DNA of 63,870 nt, the filler included, from Octopus bimaculoides (Eukaryota), in assembly GCF_001194135.2 (NCBI RefSeq). It is 5 parts of 5 records of this genome, joined end to end, with 100 filler letters (N's around TTAATTAATTAA, not from the genome) between each part and the next. Parts side by side here need not be neighbours in the genome. Positions count along the whole stretch, not along the records: positions 37,118 to 51,598 come from NC_068983.1; positions 51,699 to 63,870 come from NC_068996.1; 3 more parts are not named here. One strand, 5' to 3'. Both the position numbers and the translations under genes were made by a program. Positions 50,560-62,940 of this stretch are shown in pieces. The notes under the pieces were generated by a model, which was not told where the DNA came from, made no database searches, and saw only the letters and a program-made list of their open reading frames with translations. The first letter of the stretch is position 1, and each line of letters starts with the position of its first letter.

Positions 50560-50767
50560 TCTTTTACTTGTTTCAGTCATTTTGACTGTGGCAATGCTGG
50601 AGCACCACCTTTAGTTAAGAAAATCGACCCCAGGACTTATTCTTTGTAAGCCTAGTACTTATTCTATCGGTCTCTTTTTGCCGAACCGCTAAGTTACGGG
50701 GATGTAAACACACTAGCATCAGTTGTCAAGTGATGTTGGGGGGACAAACACAGACACACAAACATAT

Positions 50768-50800
<33 letters not shown>

Positions 50801-50970
50801 CATATATACGACGGGCTTCTTTCAGTTTCCATCTACCAAATCCACTCACAAGGCTTTGGTCGGCCCGAGGCTATAGTAGAAGACACTTGCCCAAAGTGCC
50901 ACGCAGTGGGACTGAACCCAGAACCATGTGGTTGGTAAGGAAGCTGCTTACCACACAGCCACTCCTGCGC
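50560..50970 (-). mobile_element. SINE family B, full length, intronic
   Basis: Reverse complement of 33635-34025; some CpGs decayed (GATGTAAAC, CATCAGTTGTCAAGTGATG). Confidence 0.9.
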
Positions 50971-51112
50971 ATATATGGACATTTATTTTTTACATATAAA
51001 TAACGATAAAGCAACAGTCAAGTAAAGAGGTCCACATAATCAAATACAACTAAATTTCTGGCCTTGTAACTATTTTAGAAATTAGTATTATTATAGGAGA
51101 TTATTATTTAAA

Positions 51113-51481
51113 CAAAGGTTCTCAACCCATTTTGGTCAAAGGCCCCCTTTTGGCCCTTGGAGTCACAAATACCCCCACCCAACCTAGAATATAGTTTTAT
51201 TTTTCAATATACTACTTATTTTGATAGCAGCAGATAATGATTAGAAAATAAAGGACGTCGTTTTACATATGCATTTGTACGCAGTCCGGAGTACAGATGT
51301 GTAAATTGAAATGGAAAAAAAAAAAAAAACGGAATAATGAATCGAAAGTTTATTTCCATCACGCAACGCTTATGAGATCAAGATGTTGTCTATCGAAAGA
51401 GTGCTCTTTGGTACAAGAGAGCCCCTTTGCTCCAAAATGCTTCCCTCGAGTTCCATATGGCTCCCCCATTGAAAAATTTTG
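51113..51481. mobile_element. Old hAT-like non-autonomous DNA transposon
   Basis: Left end CAAAGGTTCTCAAC and right end ATTGAAAAATTTTG (10 of 14 match as an inverted repeat); ATTTAAA on both flanks (7 bp rather than the canonical 8). Confidence 0.4.
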
Positions 51482-51698
51482 ATTTAAAACAACTCTTCTG
51501 AATTTTCAGTGGGCTCTTTTTCAGCTTGTGAAAGTTGATGGTTGGAATGTGAGAAGTTAGGGTGAGGGTCAGGATAGATGATTGGACTGTGTGTGTGCNN
51601 NNNNNNNNNNNNNNNNNNNNNNNNNNNNNNNNNNNNNNNNNNTTAATTAATTAANNNNNNNNNNNNNNNNNNNNNNNNNNNNNNNNNNNNNNNNNNNN

Positions 51699-51749
<51 letters not shown>

Positions 51750-51774
51750 GCGCACACATATAAATGTATACATA

Positions 51775-51915
51775 TTTCCGTCTACCAAATCCACTCACAA
51801 TGCTTTGGTCGACCCGCGGCTATAGTAGAAGACACTTGCCCAAGGTGCCAGGCAGTGGGACTGAACCCGGAACCATGTGGCCCGTAAGCAAGCTACTTAC
51901 CACACAGTCACTCCT
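51775..51915 (-). mobile_element. SINE family B head
   Basis: Reverse-complement match to 33635-33780. Confidence 0.85.
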
Positions 51916-52153
51916 ACCTATATGTATATATTAATCGATGATATTCCAGCTTAGTCTGATTTGCATATTTTATTATTTACAATTTTTACAATTTTACAAC
52001 ATTATGATAATACTATATTATATATTTATTATTATAAAACTAGTACTTTCATGCGTTACGCAATCATCATCAACTTGATGATATATATGACTAACAGAGG
52101 AAGAAACTCTCCTGTCTGGTTTCTCATTATCGGCATACATATACATACACACA

Positions 52154-52191
<38 letters not shown>

Positions 52192-52639
52192 TTATATATA
52201 GTAATAAAAACAATAATCATTGGATGGAATTTATCAGTACAGCTTGATGCAACCTAAAATAACAGGTTCACCAGTCAGCATCATTAGACTGTGGCCGGCA
52301 TAATGGAATAGGAGTTTTATATACATACTCAAAACGTTCTCGTAAACAAATTTAAAAGATATATATATGTACATATATATTTATGTGTGTGTGTGCATGT
52401 GTGTGTGTGTGTGGGTGAAAGAAAGAGATACAATTAGTAAGATTCGTTCCCCAAGTTTCGTTGGCTCGTTACAGAAACCTCGTTGGGCTCAGGCCACATC
52501 TTTTGTCAAATTCTTTTACAGATAAATTTTTAATCAGCAGGAACACTTACATCTATTGGTTTACGAGTCTTTCCTTCTCCGTCTTTAATAATTATGCTTA
52601 GTCGATTACGAATTATCTATATTATTATTCAGTGAGAGA

Positions 52640-53050
52640 GGAATGCAAGCCATAAAAGTGACACTGGGGTGAAATATACAAGGTCCAGCATACTCATCAT
52701 GACTACCCGTCTGATAAGGGTAGACCAGGCATATACATCCCAACCAGATGTGCAGCTGGGGCCAAGTTAGAATTTTCTTGAGGTCGAGTAGCCCATCCCA
52801 CTCAAAAGGTCTCTGGATAAGGGTTGTTTAAGGATGTTGAACGAAACATCCATATTTACAGAGGTGAATTATTCAAGCCCCAAAGAATTCCTCTCAACAC
52901 ATGGCTATGATGCACCCCCACTACTTCTACTCATGATAAGAGATGCACATATCGTCAGCCACCAAGGGACATGCTCAACTGGTTAAGGTCAAACAACTGA
53001 CAAAGCAAATCTGTGGTATTAAGCAGAATATTTGCTGTAGCCCATCTTTT
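52640..53050. mobile_element. Unclassified interspersed repeat (same family as 6560-6990)
   Basis: Extended reverse-complement similarity to 6560-6990. Confidence 0.75.
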
Positions 53051-53149
53051 ATACCAAGACAAAACAATGTACATGATAACACTTCCAATCAATTAAGATC
53101 AGAAGCCATGAGAGCTACTGCCTGTACTGCATCAGGGCATTTATTAATA

Positions 53150-53218
<69 letters not shown>

Positions 53219-53222
53219 TTGC

Positions 53223-53310
<88 letters not shown>

Positions 53311-53311
<1 letters not shown>

Positions 53312-53587
53312 TATTGTCTTTGCACAGCTTCTAACGCTCGTGATGTACTACGGTGTCAGAGGTCACTACCAGTGAACTAAGGTAACACCCTTATTTTTCG
53401 AGTACCTTCCGGAGTATTCGAGCGGTTTCAAGCGGTGCAGTTTTCTGAAACTGCTCCACCCTTATTGCAGCCCCTATTTGCTCCATGTACTTCTCAAGAT
53501 TTTTACTCACTGTTTCCAGGGTGTTGGTACTACTACCATCTTTTTCAACGACCGCAACCGCTTAACCTCCCAAGTTAACCTGTCATT
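53311..53587 (-). mobile_element. R4/Dong-type LINE 3' end (family 2)
   Basis: LTWEVKRLRSLKKMVVVP..ETVSKNLEKYMEQIGAAIRVEQFQKTAPLETARILRKVLEK*, then a 3' UTR and a long (AAT)n tail at about 53150-53310; (ACT)n on the other flank. Confidence 0.85.
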
Positions 53588-53644
<57 letters not shown>

Positions 53645-53659
53645 AGCTACTACAGCTGC

Positions 53660-53731
<72 letters not shown>

Positions 53732-55793
53732 TATTAACAACAACAACAACAACAACAATAACAATATTAATTATAAAATAATGAACATACTAGTCAATTA
53801 ACAAAGAAAGAAATCCTACGAAATCGCAAGCAAGAATATTTAGAATGAAGACACGTAAAAAATATTCACACCTACACACATATAGACACAAAAATATTCC
53901 CTTTTCTCCACCCTCTTTTTTCGTGCGCATGCACGCATACACGTACTCAAACCGACCTGTTTTGCTGTGTACCAACATGCAAAATTCCTGTCGTCTTTCC
54001 TAGATTCCTCACGGTCATGTACCAAAACCAACTGGTGTTATTATCAGCTCTCTTGCCAATGTTGATCCTTCTTAAACCGCCTCCCCTTCTTGTCATTTTT
54101 CTCAAGACCTTGCACCAACTCCTCCACCACCGATGACGTCGCAATCCCACCCCACCCCCGATGTTTGCTGAATGTAGAAGACAGAATGTGAGAAAACAAT
54201 GTGTCCTGGTCAGTCCTGGCGATACTGATGTTTTATTTAGTCTCTGACTAAATGAAACCAACAAAAATACACACAGACAGACATACAGACAGACGAAGAG
54301 ACTGAGACGACTGGACGTATGTCAGAGTTGACCCTGAAAAACTATCATCGTACTAAAGTATAAATATTAACATTGTTCTTGCTGTAGTTGTTTGTTGTTT
54401 GGAAGATGGACGTGGAGGGCGGGAATTCTTTTATTTTACTTTATTTTATTTTGTTTTTTGTATTTTTGTGTGTGTCCTGTTTGGTTTGGTTTTATTTAAT
54501 TATTTATTGTTTGATTTTTATGTTTCTTTTCAGTGACTGATATGTCAGTTGGTTCAGTTTTGGAATTTGACTGGTTGGCTGGTTGGCCGGTTGGTTGCAA
54601 CATTGGTTGACTGAAGGAGTTATTTTATTGGCTGCTTGGCTGGTTGAATAGTTAGCTCGTTCTTTGACGGATCAGTTCGCTTTAGGCTACTTGTTGATTG
54701 TTTGGTTGGTTAGATGGTTGACTAGTTGGCTTGTTGGTTGGTTGGCTGGTTGATTGGTTGGTTGGCGGCTTGATTAGATGCTTATTTAGTTGACTAATTA
54801 GTAATAATTATTCAACCCATCATGTTCAGTTGACCAAGAGATAGATTGATAGAAGCCTTGATTTGTATATGATAACCTTCCTTATATACATACTATATGG
54901 AGTTGTATCAGAGTTTAGATACTTTAAGCTAAGCTCCGAGTTGAGAATGTTAAAATCAAATAAATCAATAAACAGTCAACTATGTATCATGCGTAATGTA
55001 AAAAGCTCGTTCAAAGGGTAATGAAGTGCAATAGTCGTAAAGAGATAACATTTCTTATGGACAGTATGTGTTTTAAAAAACGATATATATATATATATAT
55101 ATANNNNNNNNNNNNNNNNNNNNNNNNNNNNNNNNNNNNNNNNNNNNNNNNNNNNNNNNNNNNNNNNNNNNNNNNNNNNNNNNNNNNNNNNNNNNNNNNN
55201 NNNNNNNNNNNNNNNNNNNNNNNNNNNNNNNNNNNNNNNNNNNNNNNNNNNNNNNNNNNNNNNNNNNNNNNNNNNNNNNNNNNNNNNNNNNNNNNNNNNN
55301 NNNNNNNNNNNNNNNNNNNNNNNNNNNNNNNNNNNNNNNNNNNNNNNNNNNNNNNNNNNNNNNNNNNNNNNNNNNNNNNNNNNNNNNNNNNNNNNNNNNN
55401 NNNNNNNNNNNNNNNNNNNNNNNNNNNNNNNNNNNNNNNNNNNNNNNNNNNNNNNNNNNNNNNNNNNNNNNNNNNNNNNNNNNNNNNNNNNNNNNNNNNN
55501 NNNNNNNNNNNNNNNNNNNNNNNNNNNNNNNNNNNNNNNNNNNNNNNNNNNNNNNNNNNNNNNNNNNNNNNNNNNNNNNNNNNNNNNNNNNNNNNNNNNN
55601 NNNNNNNNNNNNNNNNNNNNNNNNNNNNNNNNNNNNNNNNNNNNNNNNNNNNNNNNNNNNNNNNNNNNNNNNNNNNNNNNNNNNNNNNNNNNNNNNNNNN
55701 NNNNNNNNNNNNNNNNNNNNNNNNNNNNNNNNNNNNNNNNNNNNNNNNNNNNNNNNNNNNNNNNNNNNNNNNNNNNNNNNNNNNNNNNNNNNN

Positions 55794-55836
<43 letters not shown>

Positions 55837-56465
55837 TATATGTATATATATGCATATATATGTATATATATACATATACACATATATATATGTGTGTGTA
55901 TGTGTGTTTGTCTGTGTATGCGTGTGTGTATCGGAAGGAGACGAAATTAGTCTCAACATCGGCTAAGGGGAACACCAGCTGCATTTCGGTCTCGTTGAGC
56001 CTCATCAATAGCCTGAACACACAGCCAGACGGATGCTCAAACGAGAGTTGTTGCTTCCGATATAGAGGAAAACACTAGTATTGCAAATAGCTGCTCGGCT
56101 AGATAAATATTTGCTAGCGTTGATTCGTCCAGCGATATCTTTTATGGTTGTGATGTGTTTAAAAAACACACTAAATATTGGACGGATACGAACATACATA
56201 CATAAATACATACATATATACATACATATATACATACATACATACATACATACGTACATACACAAACATATACATTCATTTATATATTCATACATACGTG
56301 CATACACAAGCATATATACATTCATTCATACATTCATACATACATGCAAAGATACATACATACACAGGTACGTACGTATATACATACATATACACAAACA
56401 TATATATATATACATTCATTCAAACATATATACATGCATGCACACATACATACATGCATGCATGC

Positions 56466-56496
<31 letters not shown>

Positions 56497-56519
56497 CATA
56501 CATACATACATACATACAT

Positions 56520-56775
56520 GGTGGTTGTCCACTCCTTAAACAGAGTTTGACCACCTCCTGCACCTACACCTTAGCCCTTTCATGGCGTCTGATGTGGCTT
56601 TTTAAACCAGACAGTGTTTTGAAAAAACACCCACATAGATTGCACCTCCGATTTGCACTACCAATACCTGCAAGTAAGTTCTGCTCATTGTGGATCCTAA
56701 CATGTCTTTTAAGACCCCCCATTGGATTTGCAAACCCTCTGGCACACACCACATTCAAACGTGTGCACAGACATA
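56520..56775 (-). mobile_element. Probable RTE-type LINE 3' end encoding two C2H2 zinc fingers, with an (ATGT)n tail
   Basis: Correcting one extra G in a G6 run gives HTFECGVCQRVCKSNGGLKRHVRIH..CNLCGCFFKTLSGLKSHIRRHERAKV*. A short UTR follows and then (TGTA)n. Confidence 0.6.
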
Positions 56776-56851
56776 TAATCAGAATAGCATATATATATAC
56801 ACATACAAGTGAAAGAGAGCGTCTATAGACCTTCAAGAAAGAGTTTGCAAA

Positions 56852-56955
56852 TACAGTACCAAAGGTACATTTTCAGCTTCATATGTACATACAGTACCAA
56901 AGGTACATTTCATATGTACATACAGTACCAAAGGTACATTTTCAGCTTCATATTT
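56852..56955 (+). repeat. 31/38-bp tandem repeat x3 (ATACAGTACCAAAGGTACATTT[TCAGCTT]CATAT)
   Basis: Read directly. Confidence 0.9.
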
Positions 56956-57937
56956 ATCATTACTGGAGCAGCATGATGCATACCAACCCACCCGAAGCAA
57001 AGTATGGCTGAAATTGGGTTCTTGAGGGGAGAACGCAAATCCTTAATTCATACCCTAAAAATGATCACGATATCTTTGACTATAAAAATCTGCAAGATTT
57101 AAAGGGTGATGTTTTAAGACAAGATACTTTCCTTCACAACCTTGCTTTCAAGCAGGTGTCCAGTCAAAATTTATTCCAAATTAAAAAGAGTTAGGGATCA
57201 TACATACATAAATGCATAGATAAAACAAACACATATTTCCGTTCATTTGGAGTAAATAGCCAGGAATTATCCTCTTAGTCGTTCAATTTAAGAATTTTTG
57301 TCGGAATGTGTCTATTCCCAACACTATAACTAACTGAAATAATTTTATTTTTATATCAATACAATGAAATTTTGCCGCCATTGCTGCCCACTAGACAACC
57401 AGCTTCGCTGCCTGTTGTTTACGCGCGCGCACGCACACACACAGACGGACGTGTGTGTGTGTGTGTGAATGGATATATATATATATGTGTGTGTGTGTGT
57501 GTTTGTTTGTGTGTGTGTGTGTGTGTATGAATGGATATATGTGTGTGTGTGTTTGTGTAAAGTTAAAAATACCAAAATTTCAATTTGGCAACTATTTCGA
57601 GCATCTCTCGTCTGCAAATGAACGAGACGAACGCAATTAGCGTGGAACTCAGTTGTGACTAAATGACATTTCACTTGCGGTATAAATAACCTCTCCTTCA
57701 CATGTAGTCACTATTCCTATCTTTTATTTGTTTATTTCTACAAGTGATATACAAATAACACTAACTCACCAGCCGAAGGTAGCCACTGACGGATTGTTGG
57801 AGTATGCTGAAACCACGAACTTGCAATATTTTTCTTTTCTTTCCTTTTCTGGCGGGAGAAGCATATGAAGAAAAATTAACCATAAAACCTCAACAGAAAG
57901 GCAAGACGTACGCGCAGGTAATGAGACAGTTGTCGAG

Positions 57938-57989
<52 letters not shown>

Positions 57990-58899
57990 GAGGGAGAGAG
58001 AATGGTTGTTGGGTAGATAGACATAGATACAGATTGATTGACTGATAGAGAGGAAGATAAGCAATAAACCAATGACAATTCATGTTCCGATCTGAAAGAG
58101 TAGTAGTATGAAAATATAAAAATAAATAAAAATTGTACTTGTAGAATCTCTCTCTGAATTTAACTGTGGTATGGTATATGTCACTTACAGACTTATGAAA
58201 CACTGTTACCATTAGTTGAAATATTTATGCCGAAGAAAAAATTGTTATGCAAAAATGACTGAATTGGTACCAGATATCTCCACAAAAATCCAATGTTTCT
58301 TTAGTGCTATTGCTGTTTCCTTTTGTTATAAAGATAGTGGTATTGATTTATTAAAAATATGTGATCATATATGTTTAACTGATCGTAGGTAGCCATAATG
58401 AAACTTTGTTGGTTCACCGAGAGTATTACTGTTAATGAATGTGGATTATATGCTCGCAATAAGGGAGATGATCGCCGACATTGTGAAGGGTGCATATTCG
58501 CCTTTGGACACGGTTTTTTTTTTAAAGGAAACTTCAGGGGAAAAAAGCAATAACACCTACAGCATTAAAGTAACGTTGCTCTTAACGGAATCGAGAAAAA
58601 TAATCGCAAGCTGAGAAAACTTACCCTTTATGTGAAAATAAGGGACAAAAAATTGATATAGCAATAAACAACTAAATTAAGCGCATGAACAGATAGCATA
58701 GAGCTTACGCATTATCCATTCCTTCTCGTTTTTGGATCTATTCTAGCAGGTTTTGCGCTGAGGTCCATTGTACTCGGATGTTGTCCCTACCCTGTGTGGA
58801 ACTACACGGTGGGTACTTGATGTTGTAAACAGTCCACACCCCCTCATCGTCAGAAAATTCAGACGCTGGAGGTCATTGACTTATTCATCTGAGCAGTGA

Positions 58900-59170
58900 T
58901 ATGATACAATAGGATATCAGAAAGTTATATGGCGAAGAAACTAGGTAAAATATTGCAGCCCCATGGAGCTTCTATATTCCAACTCCTTCATCTATCATAT
59001 TGCACCTGTATTTGACCATCGTTATGTCGACGACATTTTTCTTTTGTGACACGTGGAAACACAGCAACAGAATGTTAAGAATTACAGATGACTGCCACAG
59101 GTTTTACCCTAGGAAAAGAATGGGAGTTTCTCAATGCTACCATATTACGAAGTCATGGAAAGGAACCGGC
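58900..59170 (+). mobile_element. Penelope-like RT core remnant 3, very degenerate
   Basis: HRYVDDIFLL (PLE-type YVDD catalytic motif), followed in a shifted frame by RMLRITDDCHRF, resembling the N..HP.I.FT block. Confidence 0.55.
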
Positions 59171-59440
59171 TTTAATAACTTATAGGATACCACCACCGTA
59201 AGATGGCGCGAGATGCTCAATCATACGTTACGCAGGGCAACGCAGAGATCAATGAGAGTCTCATTCGAGTGGAAGTCAGAGACGGAGCGGAGGAAACGAA
59301 GTAGGCTCGTCAAGGCCCTTGAAGACATTATAGATTTGGGTCTAGCCTAGAAGATGCTTGACAGTCCTTGCGAACAAGCTGGATAAAGATCACTTGTCAC
59401 CAGATGCTCTGCGGAGAACGGGAGGAACTAGGATTAAGAC
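59170..59440 (+). mobile_element. Possible RTE-type LINE C-terminal remnant
   Basis: Weak peptide traces only (..RTSWIKITCHQ). Confidence 0.3.
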
Positions 59441-59923
59441 ATTATACTGATTATAAATATATAAGATTTAGAACTGTGTTAACGTGTATATTAAATCATA
59501 AACGTACTTATTCACATACGCACTCACACGCACAAACACACACATACGCACACACACACATACACACACGTATACACACACACATAAACAAATTTACGTA
59601 TAAACATACATACATGTCGCTGTATGTATTTGTGTAATTCTAGTTTCTATTACCCTATAATGACTACGATGAAACCATTTAAGTGGAGAACATAAACTAG
59701 AAATAAGAATTTTATTAAAATTTTCTGTTGATAAAACGTAAAAGTTAAAACAAGGAAAAGGAACAAAAAAGCATTTAAGATCTCTATACGCTTTCTCACT
59801 TCTCTTTTTCATTCGCTCTCTCATTATATATATATATGTTATATATATGTGTGTGTGTGCATATGCATACATACATACATACATATACACACATACACAC
59901 ACACACACACACATACACACACA

Positions 59924-59967
<44 letters not shown>

Positions 59968-60779
59968 TATGTATATACATATGTATGAGTGTGTGTGTAT
60001 ATATATGTATATATATATAGTACAAATATAAATATAATATTCATATGTTTATATATATCTGTGTACATAATGAGCTATGTATATGCTTGTGTATATATAC
60101 GTATGTAAATACATATTTATGTATATATATGCAAATATATTTATACATACACGGTTATATACGTTGCATATGCATACGTACATACATAAATACATACATA
60201 CATACACACACACATATATATATGTTACACACACACACATATATACACATACGTAGATAAATATATACTCATATAATGCATAAAAATGACATTAAAAAGT
60301 ATTTCATGTTTCGTGGAACAATAACAATCTGAAATTGAAATAAAAAAACAAAAAGTTAAAGGAAAATTAGAAAACAACTAAACATTAAAAATATAAAAAC
60401 AGAAACAAATCAGTAAAAATTCCCATAACTTTTAACGTGTTCCATTTTCATTAAGAAATCTTTTGTAATAACGTACTTAATAAAACATTTTGGCATAAAA
60501 AGTGAATAAAAACAAGACCTTAATAATGATTTGTATTTTTTGAAAATGTATCTCACTTTATCTGTTAATGGATTATTCCACCGTTCTTCGGTTTGCTTTG
60601 TGAGAAGTTGTTTATTTGTAGAGATATTTTTCTTATTCCGTTACTGTGGCAGTAAGGAAGGAAAATCGTTTAAGGACTGTCTTAGATGGGCTTTTCTTTC
60701 CCGATCAGTGAGATATCGAGAACGAAACAAGTTTGCTTTTTTTGTTAATTTTGAGTTTCGTAACAAGAAAATTACATTT

Positions 60780-61150
60780 AGGCGCAGGTATGGCTGTTTT
60801 CCAACCACATGGTTCTGGGTTCAGTCCAACTGTGTAGCAGCTTGGGCAGTTGCCTTCTACTATAGCCTCGAACCAACTAAAGCGTTGTGAGTGGATTTGG
60901 TAGACGGAAACTGAAAGAAGCCCGTTTCATCACACACATTTATATATATGCATTTGATCGTGTGTTTTGGTACCTGTGTTTGTCTCCGCATCACTGCTTT
61001 ACAATTAGTGTTGGTGTGTTTATATCCCTGTAACTTAGCGGTTCGGAAAAGAGAATAAGTACTTGGTTTAAAGAAATAAGTCCTGAAGTCGATTTGTTCG
61101 ATTAAAACCTTTCAAGGCGTTGCCCCAGCAAATGACTGAAACAAGTGAAA
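60780..61150 (+). mobile_element. SINE family B, diverged full copy
   Basis: Head, core and tail align to 33635-34025. Confidence 0.85.
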
Positions 61151-61954
61151 GATAAACGATAAACGATAAAAGATATAGCGGTGTTCTGTGGACGCAGAAA
61201 AGGTTTTGTGGTTAAGATATTTCATAACCTTGAGGTGACAGGTTTGATACATACGGCTGACCCTTGGTACTTGTGTAAAAAATGCAAATTTAAGTACCAA
61301 AACTGTACAATTGTTTTAGACTACATGTAGCATATACGTAAACTTATTTCAGCCGTATCTCGTAATGTTGAAATATTTGTATTGAAATTTCATTTGATAT
61401 ATATACACATTTTGGCAGGAATTGCATATCCTGCGTTCCTGAAGGAACCACCACGGTACACAGTATATCGGTAACGTCATCTATCGTAACCTCAGTTCCT
61501 GCACAAGTTCTTGTATGTGAAATTTGATCAACGGAAACTGTGTATACGAAGCTCAACATAGGGATCATTCCTGTTTTTGGTGCAAGAATTAACCCGTCGT
61601 TCCTTTAAGTGCCACCACCTTGCAAGACATGACTTTGGTTTTGGATATGACATATTCCCTTCCTACCACCAGTCATGAGCCTCTACTGTTTAAACTGTTA
61701 ATCCTTCTCTTCAAAATTCGCAATGATTGATGTCTGATTATCATAATATGTTTGGTATAATGTTTAGTATTGAAGAAATAGGATATTAGTTGATAAGATT
61801 AATACCTCATCAATTACTGAATACATTTCAATGCAGTTAGAGTGCAGCTAACAAGTTCTAAAGGGCGACGCCTGTTAATTAGAGACAGAACACACAGTAA
61901 GAATAGGAAGTACACAGAAAGAGAGAGACAGACAGACAGAGAGAAATAGATAGA

Positions 61955-62018
<64 letters not shown>

Positions 62019-62359
62019 ATAATGAAAGAGGGAGAGAAATCATGTGTTGGCCAGGGATTGAAGGTATTCTTGAAGGAATCATTACTGACCAAACAAGTGT
62101 TGTACATAACAAATAAGTGAGCGATTGTTCAATCTCAAAGTGTCCTTACCTAAAGATTTTGAAGCCCCAAATTGAAAGATTGACTCTCATCAGAAATTTT
62201 CATTAAAGAAAACGAAAAAAGACTTCATAAGTGAAAATGTTTATTAATGAAAATGATGCATGGCTTCTGGGACTTGGCGATATTAACAAGAGACAGAATA
62301 TTTGATTTATAGATGGAAAGGAATAGAAAGTTTTTATTGCTATTATTATTATTATAAAA

Positions 62360-62940
62360 GACGGCGATGGCAGAATCGTTAGCACGTCGGGCAAAACGTT
62401 TAGCAGTATTTCGTCTGTCACTACGTTCTGAGTTCTAATTCCGGTGAGGTCGACTTTACTTTTCATCCTTTCGGGGTCGATGAAATAAGTACCAGTTATG
62501 TACTGGGGTCGATATAATCAACTGGCTCCCTCCTCCAAATTTCAGGTCTTGTGCCTATAGTAGAAAGGATCATTATTATTATTGCGAAAGGATTATTACT
62601 ATTATTATTCCAAATTCCGCCGTGGTTGACTTTGACTGTCGTCCCTTCGTAGTCGATAAAATATGTACCTGTTGAACACTAGGGTTGATGTAATCGACTT
62701 ATCTCCTCCTCCAAAATTGTGGGTTTTGTGCCAAAATTGGAAGTCAATATTGTTATTATTAGAGTGGGGGATTGGCAAAATTATGAGCGCCAAGAAAAAT
62801 GCCTTGCGGTATTACTTCTAGTTCCTTCTATTTTGAATTGAAATCCTGCCGAGATTTACTTTGCATCTCATTTTACTTTCGGGGTCATGAAAATTAAGTA
62901 CCAGTGAAGTCAAAGATCGGAATAATCGAATGTTTCCTGC
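62360..62940 (+). mobile_element. Cluster of three SINE family A copies of increasing divergence
   Basis: Cores at about 62445-62500, 62615-62670 and 62845-62905, all in the same orientation. Confidence 0.8.

Noticed and set aside
53947-54264. 105-aa minus-strand ORF with a good acceptor as a FoxN2/3 exon
   Set aside because: The Trp/Arg-rich translation is unlike FoxN proteins, and the best donor gives the wrong phase for the 49253 exon.
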